A stretch of 32,000 nucleotides of DNA from Candidatus Scalindua sp. (GCA_031316235.1 JALDRA010000001.1:1500001-1532000), one strand, 5' to 3'. Counted from the first letter of the stretch, positions 10,368 to 17,692 are shown. A program made the numbers and translations. The notes: generated from the letters alone by a model not told the origin.

Positions 10368-10937
10368 TCAAAGATTATCAACCGAATTTCTCTCTTCCTC
10401 TGGAAAGATATACGTTATCTTGTAGCTCTTTACTGCCTCGCTATTTTTTTCAAGAAAGATTCTTCCCTTATAAAGGAGCCATGCATGTCCTTCAAGTCTC
10501 TTTTGTGGAGAACCAGCCGGCAACATCCTGTTAAATCTTACTCCAAGGCAGAGACTTACCTCCATTCCAGACTTCCGTAAAAGGTGGTAGAGTACTAAAG
10601 ATCGTTTGAGGCAGGGATTTTTACCCGTAAAATATTTCAGACTCAGGACGTAGTCCGTAAACCGAACAACTTTATCCTGAAATTCCTCACTATCCGAACT
10701 CTTATTGATCTTCAAGGTTCTCGGTGTAAAAACTCTCATTAATCCCGGGAGAGAAAAAAATCTCAGGACCAGAGGCAATGTGGTTATGAAAAAGAGTATT
10801 TGTATAAAGATCCAGATATCTTCGACTGTTTTGAAGTTTTTTCTCATTTTTTTGTAAACGTTCACCGCAGAGTTTTCTCTATTTTTTTTGAATGAGTGCT
10901 TGTACGGAAACCCTGTGTTTGAACGAAAACTACCCAT
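10368..10937 (-). CDS. Transglutaminase-like cysteine peptidase, lasso B2-type (PF13471-like), with an N-terminal TM helix
   Basis: NPCLKRSLVLYHLLRKSGMEVSLCLGVR...GHAWLLYKGRIF has the Cys...His(AW) arrangement of McjB-C/B2 leader peptidases. The start overlaps the PqqD-like stop by 8 nt (ATGGGTAG). An alternative start is at 10847. Confidence 0.75.
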   Translation of the reverse strand: MGSFRSNTGFPYKHSFKKNRENSAVNVYKKMRKNFKTVEDIWIFIQILFFITTLPLVLRFFSLPGLMRVFTPRTLKINKSSDSEEFQDKVVRFTDYVLSLKYFTGKNPCLKRSLVLYHLLRKSGMEVSLCLGVRFNRMLPAGSPQKRLEGHAWLLYKGRIFLEKNSEAVKSYKITYIFPEEERNSVDNL

Positions 10938-11217
10938 CTACAACCTTTACTAATTTTTCACGAACAAGCTCGCGGACAAGAGCGAGAACACTTTCCCCTG
11001 CCTTTTCAGGTGAAACATCAAACTCTTCCAGAAGCTTTGTCCCTATCTCATCAAGTGTTAAGTCTCCACTCAACAGTCCCCAGATACGGACTCCTGTCTC
11101 ATTGAGGGTAAAGTACGCCTTGGTCCCCAGATGAAGAAGAACGGCCTCTTTCCCCTCCTCTAATTCCGTTACCACAACATCTGTATCGGGTTTGACTTTC
11201 TGATGTAACTCTATCAT
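10930..11217 (-). CDS. PqqD-family RiPP recognition element (lasso B1-type chaperone)
   Basis: 95-aa ORF with typical PqqD size and pattern (EAVLLHLGTKAYFTLNETGVRIWGLL...LDEI...L..EFDVS.E....V..L..L). The RBS AGAGGT lies about 9 nt upstream of the ATG. Confidence 0.8.
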   Translation of the reverse strand: MIELHQKVKPDTDVVVTELEEGKEAVLLHLGTKAYFTLNETGVRIWGLLSGDLTLDEIGTKLLEEFDVSPEKAGESVLALVRELVREKLVKVVDG

Positions 11218-11326
11218 TTATATTACCTCTTTAAAATATGTTCGGCCAGGAATGAACACGAATTATAATGTGATAATTCTAAATAACGATACTTTCGTAT
11301 TCAAGCCGTTCTTTGCCAAAATTTAG

Positions 11327-11490
11327 GATATACTCATCTCATACTGGATTTCGGATAAAATCCGAGATAAAATTGAGCGCGTAAAATCCTCGGCGCTTTT
11401 TGTCCGGGGATACCTTCACCAGGATTTGGTTTCCAGTAAAACCAAAAGCCAAATCGGTTTTAGTACAATTGCCAACTTTAAGCCAGTAGC
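11327..11490 (+). repeat. Full-length copy (~165 bp) of the dispersed hairpin-rich repeat, inserted between the PqqD-like and radical-SAM genes
   Basis: By-eye alignment to 19760-19925 gives about 8 mismatches plus one 3-nt indel over the first ~140 nt. Internal hairpins are TCGGAT-AAA-ATCCGA, TCCTCGG...CCGGGGA and AAAACC...GGTTTT. Confidence 0.8.
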
Positions 11491-11532
11491 TTTTATTTTC
11501 TAATCATTCGAGTAAATTCGTGACCAAATTAT

Positions 11533-12531
11533 TTATACCTTCCAAACAGAACTCGACCAGGGACTTTCGTGATCATCTTTCAGCCAACCTACTTTATTAA
11601 AATAATTCAAGCAATAAAAGCAGGGAAAATAGTCTAAATCTTTATTTTTACCTTTACGGTAGCGTTCACGCTTATCCTGGTGAAACGTTTTATTCATTTG
11701 AATAAAACGTTTCAGTGCCTCTGCAAAACTCATCATATCCAGTTTGCCTATTATATCTCCACCTGTTGCACCGTTTCCATAACCAGACAGGTGACAGCAT
11801 AAGGTGACATTACCCCTCCAGTCAATGTTCAACTCCTTTGACTGAAGCGGACTGCAGGGGAAGAGATTGGTCGTATGATATCCAGGAGCCATGATTATGG
11901 GCATGGGAAAGGATTGTTGAAGTCCTCCGATCAATCCCTCGATCACCACACACTCCTCAGGAGAAATGGTAAGGCCCTTTTCAACATTCCCGGGTGTCGG
12001 CATGAGATGGCAAAACCTCAACCCACGACTCCCCAGTTTCGTTGCAAGCTCAGCCATCTCCTTTAATTCTCCCTTATTGTAAAACATAACGGTCGTATTA
12101 ATGGTAAAGGGAATATCTTTTACCATGCAGATACTGAAAGCCTTCATGAGTCGACGATATGCCCCCCTCCCTCGCACCTTATCGTGTACCTCCTCCCTGG
12201 CACTATCCAGACTAAATGTAATCCCTCTCAGTCTGTCACGATAGGGAAGTAACTGGCTATACACGTCAGTGAAATTCCATCCGTTTGTGACGAAGCCAAA
12301 GTTATATCCAGCCTCATTCACATTCTTGAGTATTTCATTGAATCGGGGGTGAAGTGTCGGTTCTCCGCCCGTAAAAGAGAGGTGATCAAACCCGTGGTCC
12401 CTGGAGTTTTGGAGGATCTTATCCAGAATCTCTGTTTCAAGATTTTCTCCGTCAGCACTATGTCTAGTATCAAGACAGTGCTGGCAACTTACATTACAGC
12501 GATTTGTTAGTTCGATTACGATACTCGGCAT
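11533..12531 (-). CDS. Radical SAM enzyme with a C-terminal SPASM/twitch-like Cys-rich domain (peptide maturase candidate)
   Basis: CX3CX2C motif CNVSCQHC and the SAM-binding motif SFTGGEPTL. C-terminal cysteines lie in CSPLQ...NVTLCCHLSGYG...YFPCFYCLNYF. Confidence 0.85.
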   Translation of the reverse strand: MPSIVIELTNRCNVSCQHCLDTRHSADGENLETEILDKILQNSRDHGFDHLSFTGGEPTLHPRFNEILKNVNEAGYNFGFVTNGWNFTDVYSQLLPYRDRLRGITFSLDSAREEVHDKVRGRGAYRRLMKAFSICMVKDIPFTINTTVMFYNKGELKEMAELATKLGSRGLRFCHLMPTPGNVEKGLTISPEECVVIEGLIGGLQQSFPMPIIMAPGYHTTNLFPCSPLQSKELNIDWRGNVTLCCHLSGYGNGATGGDIIGKLDMMSFAEALKRFIQMNKTFHQDKRERYRKGKNKDLDYFPCFYCLNYFNKVGWLKDDHESPWSSSVWKV

Positions 12532-12549
12532 TTAATGTAAATCTTAATT

Positions 12550-12752
12550 TCTAATGTCTAAATCCTAAATAAATTCAAAGACATACTATTAAGATGTAAA
12601 GGGGTGCAGTACAATACTGGTTAAAGATTTCGGTGTATTGTTACCCAATCCAATAACATCTTTAGCAAATTTGAATGTTCTGTCTTCTAAGTCCTAATGT
12701 TTTGAACCTTGTATTTTTGTCATTTGACATTGTTTAGGATTTAGTGCTTAGA
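12550..12752. repeat. AT-rich insert of ~200 bp bounded by imperfect 22-bp inverted repeats (MITE-like) in the kinase-rSAM spacer
   Basis: TCTAATGTCTAAATCCTAAATA (12550-12571) matches the reverse complement of 12731-12752 at 18/22 positions. The perfect 12-bp core is CTAAATCCTAAA / TTTAGGATTTAG. Confidence 0.45.
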
Positions 12753-12812
12753 TTTTAGAATTTATAATAATTAATTCGTCGCCTTCCGAATCTCCATTCT
12801 CAATTATAGGGT

Positions 12813-13823
12813 TCACACTTTAGGTCTTGGCACTATCCCTGATAACACTTCGGTAATCTTCTCCGGTTCTTCATACAAATCACGACCCGCAAGGAGTTGA
12901 TAACTATCTGTCTGATAAACAAGTTGCTTAAGGGCCTCAAGATGATTCTTCGCCGTCTCTCTGTTAAACAGTAGAGATGCACTCTGCCTTGTCAATCTGA
13001 CAAGTGCAGATGTTGGATCAACCGGGATCAACCTGCTTTCTGGTTCCGACACTATGCTTGTAAATAACAATATCTTTGGTACCGCCTGAGAACAAAATTG
13101 ATCGGGATACAGAGACGTCACATCTAAAAACCGCTTTGTGCCCGCTCCGCTTGTTGATTCTTCAAGATAAGGCAAAATCTCGGGATAGTGACGTACTAAT
13201 TGGGGATCGAGATAAAATTTATTTCGAAAGGCAAAAACTTCTACTCTGCTTTCAAAACACTTCATCAAAAGGGCATCATCTGAGACATAGTGCCACCCCT
13301 GGTTGACAAGACTGAGTGTCGCAGTGGATTTTCCACTACCGGAATCTCCCAGAAGCAGAAACCCTAACCCGTCCCTGACAAGCGAGGCAGCATGGAGTTC
13401 ATAGACACCTCGGGGTGAAAGAAGATGGATAAGGCCGATAAGAAAGAGATTATACTTTGAGAGAGATGTTTTTTCCTGAAAAGAGCCATGGATGGTAAGA
13501 ATACCTGAACCTTCATAAGGATTTAACTGAAACAGGGATGATCCGTCTGTAATGTAAACAGTATCATCTAACCTGAAAATTGATACGTCGTAGCATGAAA
13601 ACGGCACTGATGCAGCATCAGGGCTCTTGACAGGAACTTCTGTAGAAGTAAATTGAAGGTTCAGGTGAACGGGTGTGCCTGTATCGCTCAACTTCATAAA
13701 AGGAAAGGGGTTAAAGAGTTTCTGTATTTCATCTTCAACCCCATTCCCTTCACACCGAACCGCAATGGTCAGTCCATACAGGGAATAATGACAGATACTC
13801 GCATTATCCATCCGCTTCCCCAT
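12813..13823 (-). CDS. HPr kinase-related serine/threonine kinase (HprK-like, RiPP-associated type)
   Basis: LHAASLVRDGLGFLLLGDSGSGKSTATLSLVNQGWHYVSDD matches the HprK C-terminal P-loop region. It starts 26 nt after the precursor-like ORF. Confidence 0.75.
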   Translation of the reverse strand: MGKRMDNASICHYSLYGLTIAVRCEGNGVEDEIQKLFNPFPFMKLSDTGTPVHLNLQFTSTEVPVKSPDAASVPFSCYDVSIFRLDDTVYITDGSSLFQLNPYEGSGILTIHGSFQEKTSLSKYNLFLIGLIHLLSPRGVYELHAASLVRDGLGFLLLGDSGSGKSTATLSLVNQGWHYVSDDALLMKCFESRVEVFAFRNKFYLDPQLVRHYPEILPYLEESTSGAGTKRFLDVTSLYPDQFCSQAVPKILLFTSIVSEPESRLIPVDPTSALVRLTRQSASLLFNRETAKNHLEALKQLVYQTDSYQLLAGRDLYEEPEKITEVLSGIVPRPKV

Positions 13824-13849
13824 CTTTCCGGCATCTGCTCATACCAACG

Positions 13850-14128
13850 TCACGGTGTAAATGTGCCAAAAAAACCGGCCGTAATCTTCGCAGCGTCCCC
13901 GTGTTTCACAAGTTTCGGTTCAATAAACGTTAATTTAGGTACCGTAAAAAACTTTTTTGTCTGCGAAGCGTCCGTGCTCATAGCTTGAATCTTTTTTCTT
14001 CCAACTGGCTGTTTTTCTCCCATACCTTTTTCATCCTCCATGTTTTTAGCTGGTGGGCGACTCTCAAATGTAAAGACCGCCCTATCCAGATTGGCATTTA
14101 CGTAAAAGTCTTCCCCTGTTCCCTTCAT
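13850..14128 (-). CDS. Candidate RiPP precursor peptide (maximal 92-aa ORF; alternative starts at 14041, 14023 and 13981 give 63, 57 and 43 aa)
   Basis: It is the first gene of the operon. The C-terminal 43 aa are MSTDASQTKKFFTVPKLTFIEPKLVKHGDAAKITAGFFGTFTP, which contain FIEPKLVKHGDAAKITA|G, matching the lasso leader consensus YxxPxLx3Gx5Tx followed by a core Gly. GGAGG lies 11 nt upstream of the 14023 ATG. A promoter-like site would make the 14128 ATG leaderless. Confidence 0.55.
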   Translation of the reverse strand: MKGTGEDFYVNANLDRAVFTFESRPPAKNMEDEKGMGEKQPVGRKKIQAMSTDASQTKKFFTVPKLTFIEPKLVKHGDAAKITAGFFGTFTP

Positions 14129-14136
14129 TTGGTAAC

Positions 14137-14165
14137 ATTATATACGAAACTGCCGTGCAATTCAA
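14137..14165 (-). promoter_or_regulatory. Sigma70-like promoter candidate for the RiPP-like operon
   Basis: On the minus strand, TTGAAT (14165-14160) is followed by a 17-nt spacer and then TATAAT (14142-14137). The predicted TSS near 14130 is 2 nt upstream of the ATG at 14128. Confidence 0.35.
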
Positions 14166-14569
14166 TATGACAAAAGATGACATGAAATATTTTTTACCTG
14201 GGTTATGAATCACTCAATTCAACGTTAATAAAAACACTTCTGTATGATGAAATCGTACCTTATGTGTCAGCAGGAAAACCTCAGTCCCTATGATCACGCA
14301 GCCCTTCAAACATGATTTTGAAATTCCTGCCCACCAGGAAAAAAATCGCCATTTTCCTTAAGAGATAAAAGAGTTTTATTTTAATCTCATATGGGTTATA
14401 CTTGGGAAAAATAATTTACTATTTTGTGGTTTAACTGCGAGACTGGAACTGTTTAAAGATAGACTCATTGCAGAAGGATTTTTGGAATTTCTGGACAGGG
14501 GCTTGCTTGAAATCTTGATTTTTCGATTAAACAGAGCCGGAAGCCTGGTAATACTAAGCTGAGGATTTT

Positions 14570-14597
14570 TCCCGGACAAAAAGCGCCGAGGACTTTG
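14570..14597 (-). repeat. Inverted fragment (~28 nt) of the dispersed repeat's central hairpin module
   Basis: The reverse complement CAAAGTCCTCGGCGCTTTTTGTCCGGGA matches ...AATCCTCGGCGCTTTTTGTCCGGGGA at 11385-11410. Flanking similarity is weak. Confidence 0.5.
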
Positions 14598-14679
14598 TGA
14601 TTGAGAAAAACGTAAAGTTCATGTGCAACCTGTTACAGAAAACCGAAAATTATTTTGTGATGACATACACATACATAAG

Positions 14680-15342
14680 ATGAATACCACCCGTTACAAC
14701 GCCGTTATATTTGACCTGGACGGTACCTTACTCAACACCCTGGAAGACCTGGCCAACTCTGTGAACCGTGTCCTTGTGAAAAACGGGTTCCCCACTCACC
14801 AGACAGATGCATACCGCTATTTTGTTGGAGACGGGGCACTCGAACTTGTCAATCGAGCATTGCCTGCTGAGAAGAGAATTAACAGCATCATATCTCAGTG
14901 CCTTGAGTCATTTCGCACCGACTACACAGAGAACTGGAACATCAAAACTGCCCCTTATGAGGGAATTGCGGAGATGCTGGATGCACTCAAAGCACTCAGG
15001 GTAAAGATGGCGATATTATCAAATAAGCCTCATGAACACACAAAGCGGTGTGTGGCAGAACTTTTACCACAGTGGGATTTCGAAATCGTACTTGGACAAC
15101 GCAGCGGGATACCCCGAAAACCGGATCCGACAGGTGCATTGGAGGTGGCTGAGCACGTAAACATTGCACCGTCTGAGTTCCTCTACCTTGGTGATACAGA
15201 CATTGACATGAAGACGTCTGTTACTGCCGGTATGTTTCCCGTGGGAGCACTCTGGGGTTTCAGAACTGCGGAGGAGTTAAAGGAGAGTGGTGCGCGGGCA
15301 TTGATCGCGCATCCGTTAGAGATTTTACCCCTGATGAAATGA
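14680..15342 (+). CDS. HAD-superfamily hydrolase (phosphoglycolate phosphatase-like)
   Basis: Motif I is IFDLDGTLLNT, motif II is ILSNKP, and motif IV is GDTDIDM. The ATG at 14680 is preferred over the track's GTG at 14623. Confidence 0.85.
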   Translation: MNTTRYNAVIFDLDGTLLNTLEDLANSVNRVLVKNGFPTHQTDAYRYFVGDGALELVNRALPAEKRINSIISQCLESFRTDYTENWNIKTAPYEGIAEMLDALKALRVKMAILSNKPHEHTKRCVAELLPQWDFEIVLGQRSGIPRKPDPTGALEVAEHVNIAPSEFLYLGDTDIDMKTSVTAGMFPVGALWGFRTAEELKESGARALIAHPLEILPLMK

Positions 15343-15365
15343 CACCGTTGTGAATATCCATATTG

Positions 15366-16394
15366 TCATGGCACCAGGACCATTTTCCCAAACTGTTTTC
15401 TCCCTATCATCTTAGTCTGCGCCGCTACAGCGTCTTTCAGCTGAAATACCGAGTCAATGACAGGTTTTAATTTTCCGGATTCAACGAGGCGTAACACCTC
15501 CATAAGCTCCTTCCTGCTCCCCATGTAACAGCCGGAAATGGAGAGCTGCCTGACAAAGAAAGACCTCAGATCAATAGTCACTGCTGAACCACTGGTGGCA
15601 CCGCACGTAACAACTCTTCCCCCCCGTTTGAGGCATAAAAGGCTCTTCTCAAATGTCTCCGGTCCAATATGCTCGAACACAACATCAACACCCGTACCAT
15701 GGGTAAACTCTTTTACCTTTTCCGCAAAGTCGTCCTGTAGATAATTGATTCCATAATCTGCACCCAGTTCCCCGGCCTTTTCCAGTTTATCCGCTGTGCC
15801 AGCCGTCGTTATCACCTCAGCACCGCTCAGTTTTGCTATCTGAATTGCTGCACTGCCGATTCCGCTGCCGGCAGCATGAACCAACACCGTTTCCCCTGCC
15901 CTCAGACCTGCACGTGTCTTGAGCATATGCCATGCGGTTAAAAATACGAGCGGTACCGCAGCCCACTCTTCAAATGACAGCGTATCAGAAATCTCAATAA
16001 TGTTGCCGGCAGGGACCTTAACATATTCGGCATAGCCTCCGTCAATTTGAAATCCCATTATCTTGAATTCACTACAGAGACTCTCATTGACAGAAAGGCA
16101 ATATTCACACTTTCCACAACTTATTCCAGGTGCGACAAGTACCCTCTGTCCCGGATGTAGCTGTTTCACCTCAGTACCGACCTGATTTATCTCACCACTG
16201 ATCTCACACCCGAGGATATGAGGCAGAGAGATGGTAACACCGGGTATACCTTCTCTTACCCAGATATCGAGATGGTTCAAACCGCAGGCCTTGACCTCTA
16301 CCAGCACCTCTGAAGGAGAAATCTCAGGCACGGCACAGTCAGTGTATACTAATTTGTCTGTATCTCCATGCTCATAAAAGACTACAGCCTTCAT
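15366..16394 (-). CDS. Zinc-type medium-chain dehydrogenase/reductase (alcohol dehydrogenase / quinone oxidoreductase family)
   Basis: Structural-zinc Cys cluster CGKCEYCLSVNESLC, Rossmann motif HAAGSGIGSAAIQ, and N-terminal GLNHLDIW. Confidence 0.85.
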   Translation of the reverse strand: MKAVVFYEHGDTDKLVYTDCAVPEISPSEVLVEVKACGLNHLDIWVREGIPGVTISLPHILGCEISGEINQVGTEVKQLHPGQRVLVAPGISCGKCEYCLSVNESLCSEFKIMGFQIDGGYAEYVKVPAGNIIEISDTLSFEEWAAVPLVFLTAWHMLKTRAGLRAGETVLVHAAGSGIGSAAIQIAKLSGAEVITTAGTADKLEKAGELGADYGINYLQDDFAEKVKEFTHGTGVDVVFEHIGPETFEKSLLCLKRGGRVVTCGATSGSAVTIDLRSFFVRQLSISGCYMGSRKELMEVLRLVESGKLKPVIDSVFQLKDAVAAQTKMIGRKQFGKMVLVP

Positions 16395-16558
16395 TATTTC
16401 TCCACTACCTGAAAAGCGTCTTTATTTGCACCGCATGCCGGACAGACCCAGTCATCAGGCAGCTCTTCAAACGGCGTATTTGGTTCAATACCGCCCATAC
16501 TGTCACCTTTTCTTGGATCGTATATATAGCCACAAACCGTACATTCCCAACTAGACAT
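16394..16558 (-). CDS. Rubredoxin (54 aa)
   Basis: Two CxxC knuckles, [12 protein letters not shown] and [13 protein letters not shown]. The ATG at 16558 lies 7 nt after AGGAGG, so the track's 91-aa version is over-extended. Its stop TAA overlaps the dehydrogenase ATG (TAATG at 16392-16396). Confidence 0.9.
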   Translation of the reverse strand: MSSWECTVCGYIYDPRKGDSMGGIEPNTPFEELPDDWVCPACGANKDAFQVVEK

Positions 16559-16882
16559 AAACTTCCCTCCTAAATGTATGTTAATTCTTTTAAAAAAAGT
16601 TGAGTGCGAGTTCCATTCTTCGCCGGTGCCATTTTGGGGCTGCCATGCTGTATCATGAAACACCGCCACTACTCCCGAACTTTCATCTTACCCGATATAT
16701 CTGGATAAAACAAAGTCTTTTTTCGTCCCTGTCCCTCTTAAACGATTCATCGAATTTACAAACAAACCGTATGGAGAAAACAGTGTTGCTTGAAGAACTG
16801 CCGATTAAACAGCTAGTTCAGGAGCAGCACAATTAAACCGGTTCCCTTCTATTTCCAGTCGCTGATTAAGGCTTCCGGGGCT

Positions 16883-17167
16883 CTATTTACCCGTATACTC
16901 GGGTATAATCTGACGAAACGGCACACCCTTAATCCTCTTCAGGCAATCCCTTAAAGATTCTTCAATCGTGTCACCCAGACCGACGTATGCGGTATTGGTA
17001 CAGTCTTTCATGATAAGGGTAGGAACCGCAATGAAAGTACCTTTAGCGGAACCGCCTAAAGGCTCTCTCACATTAATAAAAATTTTCCCCTCTTCTCTCT
17101 CTAATTCAAATTGATGTACACGGGATAACACATCATCCCGATCCAAGAGTCCTTCCGTGTTTACCAT
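16883..17167 (-). CDS. Hypothetical protein (94 aa)
   Basis: ORF only. I recognise no motif. Confidence 0.4.
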   Translation of the reverse strand: MVNTEGLLDRDDVLSRVHQFELEREEGKIFINVREPLGGSAKGTFIAVPTLIMKDCTNTAYVGLGDTIEESLRDCLKRIKGVPFRQIIPEYTGK

Positions 17168-17437
17168 ACCGTCTCCCCTGTTTCACATTGATCTATTGGA
17201 AATATTCTGATAATTCATAATAGACAGCCGATTGTTAAAATCAAGAGAAATATAGGGGGCAAATTCCCCCTTGACTGCATAACTGCTTTAACATTGTATA
17301 TTCCTTTCTAATCTTTGTACTTTTCTTCATTCTCTCTCTCAATCGAAAATTACTTGAAGCTGCCGTTTTGACCCCCACAATGAGGGGAAATAAGAAATTA
17401 TTGTGTTTTCTAATTTAATATAATAATAAGTTAGTAT

Positions 17438-17692
17438 ATGATTAAAAAAAAATTGTTTAATAAGTTGATTTCTGGTTCAAAAAATATTAGATTCTCAGAA
17501 GTAACTGCATGTGCTGAGTCATTTGGTTTCCATTTGGACCGTATTAATGGCAGCCACCATATTTACTACCATCAAGACGTGCCAGAATTATTAAATTTAC
17601 AGAACATAAAAGACAAAGCCAAACCATATCAGGTAAAGCAATTATTACAACTTATCGAAAAATATAATCTTCAATTGGGAGAGAAGAAATGA
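17438..17692 (+). CDS. hicA: Type II toxin HicA-family mRNA interferase
   Basis: 84 aa. GFHLDRINGSHHIY matches the HicA G-x-x-x-x-R-x-x-GSHH core. Its stop overlaps the hicB start (ATGA). Confidence 0.8.
   Translation: MIKKKLFNKLISGSKNIRFSEVTACAESFGFHLDRINGSHHIYYHQDVPELLNLQNIKDKAKPYQVKQLLQLIEKYNLQLGEKK

Noticed and set aside
12662-12730. 22-aa minus-strand ORF (MSNDKNTRFKTLGLRRQNIQIC) in the kinase-rSAM spacer, considered as a second precursor
   Set aside because: It has no RBS, it lies inside the inverted-repeat-bounded AT-rich insert, and it has no leader-like motif. It is most likely a chance ORF.
7846-14128. Calling the locus an ordinary lasso peptide biosynthetic cluster
   Set aside because: No asparagine-synthetase-like cyclase ORF exists in the operon or anywhere in the window. 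The predicted core also lacks the Asp/Glu needed for the macrolactam. I therefore report it as a lasso-related but distinct system.
14156-14172. Possible sigma54 (-24/-12) promoter upstream of the precursor gene (minus strand TGTCAT-N6-TTGCA), which would link it to the bEBP at 3565
   Set aside because: The essential GG of the -24 element is GT, and the spacing is one nt too long. I found no TGGCAC-N5-TTGC site by eye in any intergenic region of the window.
16559-16669. N-terminal 37-codon extension of the rubredoxin ORF
   Set aside because: It has no homology to rubredoxin, and a strong AGGAGG RBS precedes the internal ATG at 16558.
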